From the NCBI GenBank assembly GCA_030704615.1, contig CM060731.1:85374001-85438000 (forward strand): DNA of 64,000 bases, given 5' to 3'. Positions within the stretch are counted from its first letter, which is position 1. The number at the start of each line of letters is the position of its first letter. Origin of the DNA: Takakia lepidozioides (taxonomy: Eukaryota > Plantae > Bryophyta). Shown here one piece after another: positions 49,853-63,950 of the stretch. A model generated the notes under the pieces. It worked only from the letters and a program-made list of their open reading frames with translations. It did not search any database and had not been told where the DNA came from. The position numbers and the translations under genes were made by a program.

Positions 49853-50777
49853 TGTCGAGCGGCTTTTACTCACCCATCCCTTCGCTATCCGAGGTGGAAA
49901 CTCCAAGATAGAAGAGTTGGATATTTCTAAGCACTCAGCCCGCTCAGTACAATCAGTCATGACCTACAGCTAGTGAATCATGGTTGTGCTTCCCAATTAT
50001 ATTCCTTCTTGCCTTCATGTTATCAATTCACCTTATCTGATACTGAAGCATCAGATTGCTTCAGTATCTACTTAATTCCAATTAATCATGCATTCATTTC
50101 ACAGCTTCACTCATGTCTCTCTACACAGTGTGCTTGTATCGAATAAGTATCAGATTACGATTTATCAGGTATCAAGCCAATGTCAAAGTGACTCTAATCC
50201 GCCCTACAGTATCACTACAGCTTTGCATGAAATAAACATCTATTGTTCATCTTTTCTCCTACTTCCTGCTCTCCCCTTGATCTCCTCTCCTCCATGACCA
50301 AGAAGCGCTCCCAGTGAAGTGTCCCCTCTTTCCGTTGCTGCTCCCCTTATCTGCCCGTAAGCAGTTCTAACCACCTAACTAATTAACCGTCATCCCTAAA
50401 GTAACACGTTCCTTCTGCAGATGTCGTTCCCTCACAGTCGTTCCCTGCCAATGATAACTGTTCCCCATGTATTGTGACAGGCTGTGTCAAGCTGTGCCGA
50501 ACTGTGACTGGTTGTGTAAGGCTGTGTTGGGCTGTGACTGGCTGTGACGGGCTGTGCGAAGCTGTGGCGGCTGTGACTGGCTGTGTCGGGCTGTGGCGGC
50601 TGTGACGGGCTGTATCGGGCTATGTTGGCTGTGTCGGGCTGTGTCGGGCTGTGTAACCCCCCCCCTAAAGCCTGCTGTTGTCACCCCTAAGGCTCCTGTT
50701 GGTCTCAGTCTGTGTAAAAATTAAGGGTACCCCACAGAATCTGTAAAAGCGTTAAAGTCCCAAGCAGCCCTCTAACA
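49853..50777 (-). repeat. 3' LTR of copy 3 (925 bp)
   Basis: Minus strand TGTTAGAGGGCTG...GCCGCTCGACA, with the ACAGCC repeat tract at 50480-50655. Confidence 0.93.
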
Positions 50778-53700
50778 TTTACCCCTCCCCCTCTCAAAAA
50801 GCCGTGTCCTCACGGTTTACTGTTTAGGATTAGCAAACCTTTGTGATCGAACACCCTTCTGACGGTGAGAGTCTCGTGAAGGACTCCGTGTGCGAGCCCG
50901 AGTCTTGTCACTGGTTGACGGAGATGATTGAGCACTACCCGGAAATGTCTGACCCTCCTTTGGCTGATATCGAGGTAACCTCTCAGGCATAGGAGATCCC
51001 CGTCGTTTCTTCTCTGCCATCTGAATTGCATAGTCCTCTGCCATGTCAAAAGAGTCCGTTGAAGAAACAGTAGTATCAGAATCCTCGTCGCCCCTCAGGT
51101 GTTTAACGGCCGAACTTTAAGTGGAATCCTCTGTGGCATACAATGTTATCCAACCATATCTGGAAGTTTAAATTGCACAACTTGTTGCAAGCGCTGGCAT
51201 GCAAAATTAGTGAACGTCCTGAACTCCTTATCTGTACAAGTAAGAGGTGTGCCAATGACTTGGGAACAGTGCAAGTATTTCCATGCCTCATGTCCCTTAA
51301 AGAAAATATCGTCAGGGCCGAATTTCTGTGTTGTCATATTGTTCCAAGCCGAATGAAACCATGAACGAAGTTGGGAATCCTTCTGCATCATAACTTTTGC
51401 ATCATATAGGTACATATGAGGTGGCACTAAAGGTAAGACCCAATGATCCCCACTGGAATAACTCAGAAATCACGATTGCATCTTTTGCTGCTCAATGTGA
51501 TAACGTGCCAGAAAACAAGCAGCATAGTATAACCCACAGCCCATAATACTTGCTACCTCCTTGGTCTTGGTATAAATGTACCCATGTACAACTTGGAAGG
51601 CGATTAATTCATTCAACATGGTACTTGATTCAAACCAATACCTCGCAAAGTGATGATCCTCAATGGGTCGATTGTTCGGAAGAACCTTAGTCCTAGTTGC
51701 CACTGGCAGCCAAATGCGCATGATCTGGTAGTAATGTGCCAACGACTGCGGATGACTAAATTCCTTCCAAGCCAAATCCAACACAATGGGAATTTGGTTG
51801 AAGGGCATAATCATAGCCCGACTGTACTCTCGTGCAACAGGAGTCTTAGGTGGGTTAAAAGCAGCATCCCCCCATACCTCAGGCTGTGGTGTGGCTGTTG
51901 TAACAACAGGGTCAGCTACCTGCACAGTCACTTGTTGTGGTATTGGTAGCACTGGCTCTTGTACCACTGGCATCTCCTGCACCCCTTGCGAAGAAGACTG
52001 AAAAACTAGAGTTCTGGCTTGTAAATAAGTAGTCATCAGCTGCTCCTCAGGTACAAAGACTCTCTTGTCAATATTTGAACTCAGGTCATCCACCTGAGTC
52101 TGCAGGCCTTCTACATCCTCTTGTAGCTCCGCTATCCTACTATAGACATTATCTATAGTAGTTGTGGCAATGTTCTGCACCTGCAGTCTGAGCTCATTCA
52201 TCTCGCCCTGGGTGAGCTTCCGTGGTGCTTTGCCTTCCACCGGCCCTTGTGCTAACCAGACCTGCATAAGGTGGTTATCCACCAAGTTGTGTGTGGTACC
52301 CCTGAGTGTCTACTCCTCTGTGAGCCTGTACACATCTATCTGCTGCTGTAAAGCCTCCATGCGCCTCGCATGAGGTTCCAACCAAACTCGCATAGGCAGC
52401 AGCCAGATTATTGGCTTCCTTCCAAGCCTTGTTAGCCACAGAAAGTTCATTTCTATTTACCATGACCGTTTGTTGCAACTCCAGGATGTACCTCTCTTGG
52501 TCAGCTTCAACTTGTCTGTATTGCTTGAAAGTATTCTCATTGCGACAGATTGTACTCTTCATATCAACAATGAGTTTCGCTGCTCCACTGTCTCTGCCTC
52601 TGCCTTCATACATCTCTCCCCTTGTCTGTTAACTTCTAATGCAGTTTGCTCAAGAGTAGTGGTGAGTGTAGCACATTGTATGGTCATCCTCTCATGTACT
52701 GCCTGCAACTCTGTATGTAGTGCATTCACTTCTTGCAACTTGCCCTCATGCTTCACCTGCATTTGGTATAACTGTTGTTTATGTGTTTCGTGCAACTGGT
52801 CCTGCGCGAGGCCTGCTTCAATCAAATGTTCCTTGGCCAACTGCAAATCAGCTTTTGTATCCTCTAACTCTTGTTGTAACTTGAGATTGACCTCCTCATT
52901 GACCTTGTTTGCACACTCAGTGGCAAGTCGAGCCTCAAACTCCTTCCTGAGTTCCTCCCTCAAAGGTGCCAATTGGGTAGATGGAACATGGGATTTCACA
53001 TAAGTGCCCAACAAATTAAGTGTCCTGCTTATGGAACTCATAGGCATGGCTTGCTGAGGGTCATCATGGTGAGCTTGCTGTTGTTCTCCCTGATCCTCAA
53101 CAGTGTGATGCCTCACGAACCATTCAGGCCATTGCCCCACCAGATTTTCTTCCTGAACCACCTCATCCACCACAGGTGCTGCAGTGTCTTGATATTCTAC
53201 CCCTGGTACTTCCGTCACAGGTGTGGGTATTACATGCACAGCAGGGTTTCCCCTGGACAACCACTGCACCCCTGGAATCACTGTTTCCCTTACCAAGCCA
53301 GAATTTTCATAGAGAAGGTCACCCTTCTCAATTTCGGCCACGACCTGCTCTGTAGTGGGAATGTCCAACCTTTCTCCTTCCAGAGCAATTGGGGATGATG
53401 CCACAGCATATACTAACTGTGGAACCTCTAAAACAACAGAGTCAATTGGTTGTGGTGGCTGTGGTATCAAAGTGACTTCCTCTTCCCTCTCTGAAGGCCC
53501 TGCTTCCAATAATAGCAGCTCTCTGTGCTGTTGTGCCCCATCCTGCACAAGAGCTTGGGAAACATTATCGTGCGGTTTTCGTGAAGCCAGTGGATCCGCC
53601 ACTACAGTCTTACCCCGCCTCTGTGTCTTAGACTGGTGTTGCGCTGCCAGTCCACCCTCACTGTGTGAAGAGCCTTGCTCTTCAATTGCAGTGGTTTCTG

Positions 53701-55180
53701 TCTCAAACACTCCCATCTCCTTACGTTCCCGAGTATCAAGTATGCAAGAATCAAGAATTATTTGGGCAATGACTGGACCGGACACAATGATCGGAGACTT
53801 AGCAGCAGTTCCCTGTAACCTCTTCATCTCGTCCACCAATCCGTTGTACATTAACTCCGCCCAAGCGACATCCTCTCCCCTTAAAGCTTTCAGGATCTCC
53901 TCTGTGAAGGACCTGCTCAAATACTGTTGGTTATGTTTCATGGCAAACAGAACGTTCAAGGTTTGGTCAACTTCCCTAAGCCCTGGGTACTCGGCTTTGG
54001 TACAAGCAAAACCTTGAATTTTAAAGAAACTCCCTTCTTGGAACAAATTCCCTATCTGCAATCTTGCCCTGTGCTCATCCACATCCACATGTCCTGATGG
54101 CAAATCAAACAATTGCTGCAAGTACTGGGGAGTAATTTCTATATCTACTCCCCTCACCTGAGTAACTCCTATCCGAGGCCCAAAGTTCTGAAGAAATTGT
54201 ATCATGAACTGCCGATCACTACAACAGATTGCGGCTTTTATGACTCCCATGGGTGCGTAGTCATGACTGATTTGTGGCAGAAATGCCATTTGCAGTCGTA
54301 AAATGCTTTTGAAGTCATAATGCAGGTCTGGAGAAGGCGTATATGCGACTGCATGGCTTCGAACTCTGCGCAACACAGGTCAAACATGTTTGACCATGAA
54401 TATTGGCATGGCAGATATGACTACCAGTCACGGTCATGGCTACACTAGAATGACGTGTGCATATTGCAAGACAGACATATGACTTCATGACTCTCACTCT
54501 AATGCATTATGCCAGATCATCACATGGATGAATCACTACATGACTACACGTGTCGACACATGCTTTTCTGGTTATATATATAATATATGAGTATTTATAT
54601 CTTAAAAAAATGGAGACTCTTACCACTAGAATGAATTAAAAAAACCCAAAAAAAACAAAGATTTAAAAAAAATCACATCGGCTGGTAAGTGCACAGTGTG
54701 TCGCCCTTGTGGTTTGGGGTTCAAACCTGCTGCCCTTATCCCGTGTGTGGGATTGTTCGAGACGGTATGTCTTGACGTTGATCGTCCTGTAGGTCTTATG
54801 GCCCATAAATGAAGGCGGGTGAATTTTCCCCCTCCTCAAGGGCTTGTGGTTTCCTTTAAGAAAAAAAAAAGAAAAAAAATCAAAAAGGGGCTTTTAGGGT
54901 TTACAAAAAGGTTAAAAAACTTAAAAAGTTGCCCATCACAGTAGCGTGAACAGACTTAGAGCGAGCGGGAGGGAGAGAGAGAGAGGGTTGGGACTTAGAG
55001 CGAGCGAGCGGGAGAGAGGGCAAACATGCATGGGAGGCCCGCAGTTGGATCAACCTTCGCATCTGGAGCAAGCAACCCTAGAAACGCTAGGGTATGTGTG
55101 CGAGGAGGTTTCGGCTGGGAGCCCGCCGTTCTTGGGAGAGTCAGCTTCGTCTTAGCAGGCCGTGTTTCAATCTCTACCCG

Positions 55181-56045
55181 CTCGGCCCTGATTTTACAGC
55201 ACGGAGCAGAGCTGGCATGAGTTTCTAAAAGATCCTTCACGATGGTGGGACAACCGCAATCGCAAGGTGTGGCTTTTTCTTAATGTACGATGTGAAGAAG
55301 TTTGTCCATCCTGCAAATGTGGGTTGGCTCTCCTGTTAGTACCATGATTTGGTATTCTTCCTGATGTTTACAAGGTTCTTGGGAGAGTTAGCTTGGTCTT
55401 AGTAGCCGTGTTTCAATCTCTGCCCACTCAGCTGCACCGTGGTGGTTCTCACTGACCAATCCGACATTACCTAACTACAGACACAAGCAGCACACACTAG
55501 AGGTCATCTTGGGTTCATGTTCAGTCAAATCCTCCATGGGTCATGACACAAGGTCGAGGACAATGTGGTGAGGGCACCTTCTTCTTCGACCTATTTCAGC
55601 CTATTTTGCCCTCTCATCAGACTCGGCCCTGAATTTGAATCATGGAGCAGAGCTGGCATGAGTTTTTTTAAGATCCTTCACGAGGGTGCGACCGCAATCG
55701 CAAGGTGTGGTTTTTTTTTAATGTACGATGTGCAGAATTTTGTCCATCCTGCAAATGTGGGTTGTTGGCTCCTGTTAGTACCATGATTTGATATTCTTCC
55801 TGATGTTTACAAGGTTCTTGGGAGAGTCAGCTTGGTCTTAGCAGACCGTGTTTCAAAGTCTGCCTGCTCAGCTGCACCGTGGTGCAGGTTCTCATTGACC
55901 AATCCGACATTACCTGACTACAGACACAAGCATCACACACAAGGTCAAATCCTCCATGGGTCATGACACAAGGTCAAGGACAGTGTGGTGAGGGCACCTT
56001 CTTCTTCGACCTATTTCAGCATGTTTTGCCCTCTCATCAGACGCC
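55181..56045. repeat. Two ~430-440 bp tandem units inside the CACTA
   Basis: CTCGGCCCTGA... at 55181 and 55622; GTGGTGAGGGCACCTTCTTC at 55566 and 55986. Confidence 0.85.
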
Positions 56046-56859
56046 CTGAGATGCATATTGAATTTTGTAAGTTAGCTCATTGCTCGTTGATAAGTAGGGT
56101 TGGGGGTGTTTGCTGGAACAATTCTAGGCTGTCATTGTCAGCTGCTAGCAGGAAGGCAAGGATGTATGCATAGATAGCTGAAGGATTTTGTGCAGAGGCA
56201 TAGATAGCTGAAGGAGCAGGGATAGAGTGTGGGCCCAAATTCGTCCAAGAGGGCCGGATTTCAAGCTCCATTATTTCAGTGTCATCCATTCAGCCAGGGA
56301 TTTCCTGGTGACATTGCCAAGGCTTTACTCGCAACACGATGCTTGTAAAGCTTCCTTAGCTTGAATGCTGATTATGCTTGAATTATTAGGTTTGTAAAGC
56401 CAGTTTTGAAATTTTCATGGTAATCAGCTCTCTTGAAAATCTGTAGGTTGCAAGCCATTTACAGCGGGCCGTGGGTGGACTGGAAGACAGCCATTGAAAG
56501 CCCAGGTGCAAGTTAATACCAGTGGAGAGCAGAATAAGCTTCATATGCCCTTTTGGTGCTAGTTATCTTCATGTATGGTACTGTTGAACACCAACAATCT
56601 TTTGGTGAGATTCTGTCTTGGTGCACATGTCTGATAAAGAAAGACGGTAATGTTTGTTCTGAAACCTGAAGGCGTGAAATGATTCAACACAACAAGAGCA
56701 TTACGCGTGTCACAGTACAAGCTGTAAGAAAGCAAGAGATACATAGTTATACAGTCAAACAGACAACTATCAGTTTCTGTGGAATCTCTTGCCAATGGCA
56801 GGATGGGTTGGGAATAGCCAAGTCAGGAGGTGAATGCCTGTCAAATTACCACATGTCCT

Positions 56860-57324
56860 TTTGAACACTGCCCCTGCCCTGGTGGACATGTACGCCAATT
56901 GTGGGTGCATTGAGGATGCAAAGGGAGTGTTCAACACTGTGGCTGAACGAGATGTGGTGTCGTGGAGTGCGATGCTTGCTGGGTATGCACAGCTGGGGTG
57001 CGGGATGGAGGCTCCAACCTTTGAGAAAATGATGGGGGAAGGGGTGAAGGCCGCCGACATAACGTTTGTGTGCGTTTGCAGTGCGTTGCAGCCCTGGAAA
57101 AGGGCAAAGAGATCCCTGGTGACATCATCAAATCTGCAATTGTACCAGATGTCATCCTGAACATGGCTCTGGTGGCCATGTATGCTAAATGTGGGAGCAT
57201 TGAGGATGCCAAGGGAGTGTTCAACACTATGGCTGAACTAGATGTGGTGTCGTGGAATGCGATGCTTGAAGGGTGTGCAGAGCAGGAGCGCGGGATGGGG
57301 CTTTGGACACCTGAAAGCAAATGA
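56860..57324 (+). pseudogene. PLS-class pentatricopeptide repeat gene fragment captured in the CACTA
   Basis: ALVDMYANCGCIEDAKGVFNTVAERDVVSWSAMLAGYAQLG...M..EGVK...ITFVCV and ALVAMYAKCGSIEDAKGVF...DVVSWNAML; frameshifted. Confidence 0.92.
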
Positions 57325-60042
57325 TGGAGAAAAGATGAAGGTACCTTCTTCAACATATTTCACCCTGTTTTCCCTGCTAGTGTTTGCTTTGACAATTCTA
57401 GGCTGTCATTGTCAGCTGCTAGCAGCAAGGCGAGGATGTATGCATGATTTGTGCAGAGGCATGGATAGCTGAAGGAGCAGGGATTTCGTGTGGGTCCAGA
57501 TTCATCCAAGAAGGCCAGATTTCAAGCACAAGATTACCTGTGATTCCCTGTGGATCAATAGCTACAAGAAACCTGCATGGGTAGATGGTCAACTGGGAGC
57601 AGCGGCACAAGTGATAAAATCAGGCACTGCTAATGAAGGCATCTTCTTCAACACATTTCACCCTGTTTTTCCCTCTTATCAGAATCGGCCCTAAATTTAC
57701 ATGTTCAATTCTGCAAGTTAGCTGGTTGAGTGAATCTAGTTTGGAGTGACTTTGACATGATACTGCCAATGTGACAACAGGAAAGTGTCAAAAAATAGGT
57801 AACAGAGATGAGGAGAAGCTGTGGAATGAACTTATCTGAGCCCAGTCACTGATGGGTCAACTGGGGCAGAAAGGTGAATGCCTGCTACATTTCAGAGAGT
57901 AGCAGACGCAATTCAGCATAGGAACTAGTGTGCTACGCTGAGTTGGGTGTTTCCTAGAACAAATGTAGGCTGTCATTGTCAGCTGCTAGCAGCAAGGCAA
58001 GATGAATGCTTGATTTGTGCAGAGGCATGGATAGCTGAAGGAATAGAGATAGAGTGTGGGTGACGCAGGGTGCTGGGCAATGGGCAAGATGTCTTTGTAT
58101 AAACGTGAGTGACCTTCCTATCATCCTGGGTTTCATTTTTAGTGCATGTTTCTTTGTGAAGTATCTGACGACTTCGCCAATACACACCAACCTTTTTGCT
58201 TTGGTTTGTTTAGGACATGGGATAGAAGTTACCATAAACAACACTGGCATTGGTTTTTCATATATGGTATTAGATAATTCTCTTAATTGTTTCCGCCTTG
58301 GCAGGTTGCTCAGTGACCTTCCCTGGACGCTTTGGAGTATAGCGAGTGAGTGTCTCACAATGCAATATTGGTTGGTGCATCTTATGCAAGAACTTGGAAA
58401 ACAAACAAATGTCCTTGCTGTAGTAATTCTTAAAGCCATGCAAGCCGTTTTTGATGGGTTGCAGATTGATGGAATACATGAGTAGTTAGAAGATTCTGGG
58501 TGAACACTTTTCAAAGTGTTATAGTTAGACAAAATAATTCACATGAGAACATGCGACTATTTAATGTATTTTTAGATCGCAACAAAAATGATAATGATAA
58601 ATAGATTGGTAAATAGAGATGGTATGCAATCTCTTGGTTTTGCTCAGCTTGTTGCAGTTATGTCTTGCTGCCTTGTTCTCTTTGTATTATATATTATATT
58701 TCATTGTTGTAATAGACATGTACATGACTGCTATCATAGTCATAATAATGACTACATCTATTTTCACTCTCCAATAGTACTACACCACGTGGCAGAAATA
58801 CAAATATGTAAAAAAATAGCAATACACCCCAAAAAAACACCCATCATGACACATGTCAATCTGCTGATGGACCACGTGTAAAAACTGCAACGCGCCACGT
58901 GTTGCAACCGGATTAGCACACCCGTAGTCATAGTTCGCAGTCATGGAGAGCTAAACACTCTGCCACGTGTCATTTCCTGCATCGAGCACGTGCCACTCTT
59001 GCACAGCCGCTGACATGGACTACACTGTCCGTTCAGTCATTCAGTAAAGCCAGCGTGTATGACTACCCCCACAGCTGCTCTGGCGCCACGTGACAGCCAG
59101 CCTGGAGAGTCATATCTGCCATGTCACAACTAATTAGGTCTTTACGTCTGCAGAGTCAGGAAGTCGTAAATGGCTTCCATGACTGCATTTGCAGTCATAA
59201 CACAGAGACGTAAAAGCCGCAATTTGTTGTAGTGGATGATGCAAGGACCAGTCCTTGCATAGCAGCCCTTTCAATCGCAACTCCCTTAGCAGCTGTACTG
59301 CCTGCGGTGCTGCAATCGTTTGCTTCTGTAAGATTGTGGTGCTCTTCACCCTGATATCCTCCAATCCTCTCACTCTCTTCATTCTAGACAAACAGAAAGG
59401 TTTTGGTTGTTACAACTGAAGAAACGCCTGCAGGGCACAAAGCATAAAAGTATGGTTGGCGCAGAATGAAATGGGTAAGTGCTTGTAAGCCTGTGGGGCT
59501 TGCAAGTATCGACTTGGAGAAAATGTACTCTCCGTTCGTCTGTCCTTGTGCCACTGCGTAAGTAGTAAGGCGAGCGTGTAGTCTGTTATTTCCGCCATAG
59601 CTTCAAAGCTATAGCTTTGATTGTCTCTCCTGACGAGACGCCCGTTACTTGGAACGACGCCGACTCTTGCGCTCAGAATCCCTCTAAATTCTTGATTTCG
59701 CTTCTTGGAAAATACCCTCTGCAGGTAATTCTGGCTCATGATTGGCTGTTGGCTCTGTGATTGGTTTTGTAATTTAATTCTCTTCCGTGGATTTTCCCCC
59801 CTGGACTGTCCACTAGGATATCACATGCGACAAGGATTTCGCTTTTGGGTACTTGTAAAGGGTTCCGTTACCCTTTCCTTGTATGCATTAATGGGCCCAC
59901 AATAAATTTCGGTTAACGTGCCGGGTAGGTACTTTGACGGCCAATTTTGTCTTCCTTCTTGATGACACTCATTCTTGCAATTCATGTTCGGCTGTGTGTC
60001 TCGCCCTGGCGTCCACGTGTCCATTTCTAGACCTGCCTCTGT

Positions 60043-63000
60043 CTACTTTTCCACTGGCCACTCTCCGGATGTTAACCCACGTCCACCTGTCACTGATCCT
60101 ATGGACTGTGTAACCCCGATAGGCTGTGTTGAGCTGTGATAGGCTGTGTGGCACTGTGATGGGCTGTGATAGGCTGTGTCACACTTGTACTGCCCGCCCT
60201 GGTCATTTACGCTCGGCTTAGCGACAAGTGCTCCATACTCCGTTAATATCACTGGCGCAGCCCGTGACTGCTTTTGCGTTTCAACATGCAAATCGTGCTG
60301 CAATGGTTTGTCATGGATACCACTGTACCCCTTCAACTTATTGGCATTGACTCTTCCTAGCATCTCTTTATTAATGGTTTGTAACATGACAGTGTTGTTA
60401 TCATACATCTTCTGTATGACATAAGGTCCTTTCCATGGTGATTTAAGCTTAGAAGCTTTAATCTTCCCCTTCTTCTACAATCAGAGAACCAAATCCCCCG
60501 TCTTAAAAGTCTTTAATTTGCCTTCATCAAACTGTTCCTTCCTCTTCATCTGAATTCTGGTCATGTTATCAGCTACATCAGCACGTACTTCTTCCACATG
60601 GTATAATTCATGTTTCCTGACCTTAATTGAATCTTCCAATTCCATTCTCTTTCCCTATTCCGTTCTCATGGTAGGTAACAAGAATTCCACTGGAAGTAAA
60701 GCTTCCATACCATAAACTAATTGGAATGGTGTATACTTAGTGGTGACTTTATATAAAGTCTTGTATGACCACAAAGCTGTCAGCAGCTTTGTATCCCAAT
60801 CCGTTCTGTTTGCATTGACTATCTTAGCCAAGATAGTACATAGTATTTTGTTGGTAGCCTCTGCCTACCCATTACCCTGTGGGTAATACGTTGTACTCTT
60901 CCTATGCACAATCATGAACTCTTTAGTCAATAGTTCAATGGTCTTATTAATGAAGTGACTTCCCTGGTCACTGATAAATTCCAAGGGACAACCAAATCGT
61001 GTAAGTATGTTCTCATACAAGAACCTTGTTGTGGACTTAGCTGTGTTGTCCCTCAGAGCTTTAGCTTCCACCCACTTCGTAGTATAATCAGTGGCTGTAA
61101 TTATATACTTGTTCTGTGTATTCTTGGCCGGTGGGTTAATTGGTCCAACAAAGTCTAGTCCCCATTTCTGAAATGGTTCAGTAGGCATCGTAGGTTGCAA
61201 AGCCATCTTCCCAGATCTCTGCAAAGGTCCTAGCCTCTGACATTCATCACAACTCTGACAATACTTGTGTACATCCTTGAACAAAGTAGGCCACCAGTAA
61301 CCTGCAAGTAGTATCTTCCTACTGGTAGTCTCTTCTCCAAAATGTCCTCCAGCCACTCCTTTATGAACTTCCTCCAAAACTTTATTTACTTCATGGTGGT
61401 ACAAGCATCGTTTAAGTACTCCATCAGGTCCTAGCTTATACATTCTGCCCCTACCATAGTAGAAGGTAAAGCCTTGAGAGCGATTCTCTTCCTCTGCTCC
61501 TTACCATAACTAGGTGGGCACTGACCATGAGTAAGATAGTATCTGATTGGCCACTGCCAATCTAACCATTCATCTGCACTTCCTTGCACCTCCATTGCAA
61601 ACAAACTTGCATCAGACAATTGGTCATCTACTCCTGTGGTGGGCTCTCCTGTTGTTAGGCGTGACAAATGATCTGCCACAAGATGCAAATGACCAGGCTT
61701 GTAAACAACTTCGAACTCAAACTCGTGCAAGATTATTAACCACCTTGCTATCCTTCCACTTATCAAAGGTTTGTTCACCAGATATATTAGAGCCTGGTGA
61801 TCCACATAAAACATAAACTTTCTTCCCAATAGGTAATGTCTGAATTTCTTGACTGCATAAATCATTGCCAGTGCTTCTCTTTCAGTTGTGCTATAGTTCC
61901 TTTCAGCACTGTTCATCAACCTGCTAGCATAGTACACCGGTGAATCTATATTTCCTGTAACATTTTGGGCTAACACCGCTCCCAACGCTTCTCCTGAGGC
62001 ATCACAGTGAACATGAAATACTACATGCCAGTGAGGGTTAATCAGCACAGGTGTAGTTGTTACTGACAATGTAAGTTCCTCAAAAGCCTGTTGACATTCA
62101 GCTGTCCATGCAAACACTGCATCTTTCTTCAGAAGCTTGCTCAATGGTGCTGCTATCTGTGCATACCTTTTGACAAATCTTCTGTAATAACTGGTTTGTC
62201 CAAGGAATCTCCTTAGACTCTTAACATTTACTGGTGGTGGTGAGGCTTTAATGGCCTCTGTCTTTCTGGGATCCACAAGAAGTCCCCTCTTACACACAAT
62301 GTGTCCCAAAATCACCCCTGAGTTCACACAGAAAGTACACTTCTCTGGATTCAGGCCTAGACCTCTCATCCTGCATCTGACCAAACATAACTCCAATTTA
62401 TGCAAGTGCTCATTCTTAGAGCTGTACACACTGAAATCATCCAAGAACACCTGCATGAAATCATCCAGATACTCATGAAAAGATTCACTTATCACTCTCT
62501 GAAAGGTTGCTGGTGCATTACAAAGTCCAAAAGGCATGACTTTGTATGCATAAGCACCCCAGTCTGTGATGAAAGCTGTCTTTCCTTGGTCTTCTTCTGC
62601 CACTTGCACTTGATTATAACCACTGAAGCCATCCATGAATGAGTACATCTCATGGCCTGCCACAGTGTCAAATACCGCTTCTGTGAATGGCAAAGGGAAA
62701 GGATCTTTCTTCGTGCAAGCATTCAACTTCTTATAGTTCACACAAACTCTCAGTTTACCATTCTTCTTGGGAACTATCACAATGGGTGACAACCAAGTTG
62801 TATACTCTATTGGGTATATAAACTTAGCCTCAGCCAACTTCTTGATCTCTTCTCCAACCTTCTGTGCATAGTTGGGATTCATTGTGTACCTTGCCTGTTT
62901 GATTGGTACTGACCCTGGTTCCAATTCAATCTTATGCTGACAGATCTCAGGTGGTATCCCTTTTAGATCCTCGTAGCTCCAAGCAAATACATCTCTGTAT

Positions 63001-63950
63001 TTGATGAACAAACTCTTAGCTTCCTCAAAGAATTCTGGCTCCAAATCAGCCCCTACCTTCACCATCCTCGGTTCCTCTTCAGTTCCCACATTCACTTCTC
63101 TCACCTGCTCATCAGCTGTGATTGTCCAACCAGTCAGCACTTCATCCTATAAACTCATAGTGGCTGGTTCCTCTAGGATTTCCATTTCTCCTTCTCTTTC
63201 TTCATAAAAATGTGGTGGGTAACTGCTTATTTCACCTTCAATTGGTGTTGCTGTCACTACACCACAGCATATACCTTTTAAACAACTTAGGCCTTCCAGC
63301 TGCATCTCTGCAACCTACTCCCACTCTGGGTGTGCAACGAACAGGGTAGCTTCCTGTTCCTCATCCAGTCCTCCCCTCCAGTCATACTCCCTGGCCCCTC
63401 GAGGTCTTCTCGTAGCAGGTAATCTACTAGATTTCTTAGTGGTAATTTGTATCTTGTGCATCCCATTATGCACAGTTAGTAATTGAGAATTCCAGTCATG
63501 GAATACCCTGGCCTATTTCAGCCACGGACGTCCCAATAATAAGGAGTAAGCCTCCATGACTTCATCCATTTTCAACACAGTTACTGTGATCATAAAGATC
63601 ATCTTTTGTATTTGTATCTTAACTCTTCTTATCAATCCCAATGGCTGTACACTTATTTGATCTGCCATTGTTACTGTAAATGGGGCTGGTTTCATGTTAC
63701 TTAGACCAAGCTTCTGCCTTAATTGGTCTGTCATGATATTCACTCCAGAGCCTCCATCTATCAGTACATCAGTTAGTTCTGTGCTTCCAATTCTCAATTG
63801 GATTACTGGCATAGAATCATCAAAGTCCATGACTGATTCTCGCCCTTCCGGTTTCACATTATAACTGGTCACCTTGCTGTTCAGGTCTGTGTTTCCTGTC
63901 ACATGGGCAATTCGATTGATTGCTTGATACAGCCTGTGTCTACAATAAGG
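60043..63950 (-). pseudogene. pol of copy 3 (protease, RT, RNase H, integrase)
   Basis: ORFs 63513-63902 (LIDGGSGVN), 61431-63140 (569 aa RT-RH), 60865-61443 (integrase) and 60043-60408. Confidence 0.96.

Larger units (their letters stand above)
54217..59234. mobile_element. Non-autonomous CACTA (Pack-type) element, 5018 bp
   Basis: TIRs CACTACAACAGATTGCGGCTTTTA and TAAAAGCCGCAATTTGTTGTAGTG; 3 bp TSD GAT (54214-54216, 59235-59237); CATGACT/AGTCATG subterminal repeats; no transposase. Confidence 0.96.
50817..59739 (-). pseudogene. Extra 3' ORF of copy 3, split by the CACTA insertion
   Basis: ORFs 59410-59739, 59235-59391, 52559-54216, 52275-52613, 51470-52285, 51146-51427 and 50817-51044 match 38229-42125. 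Confidence 0.8.
49853..63950 (-). mobile_element. Athila-like gypsy element, copy 3 (3' LTR to protease), interrupted by a CACTA and by MULE copy D
   Basis: 3' LTR 49853-50777, PPT 50782-50795, 3' ORF, integrase, RT-RH and protease, colinear with copy 2. Confidence 0.95.

Noticed and set aside
52559-54376. 605 aa ORF as a single gene
   Set aside because: It is chimeric: the first ~53 codons come from the CACTA terminus (54217-54376) fused to the gypsy 3' ORF.
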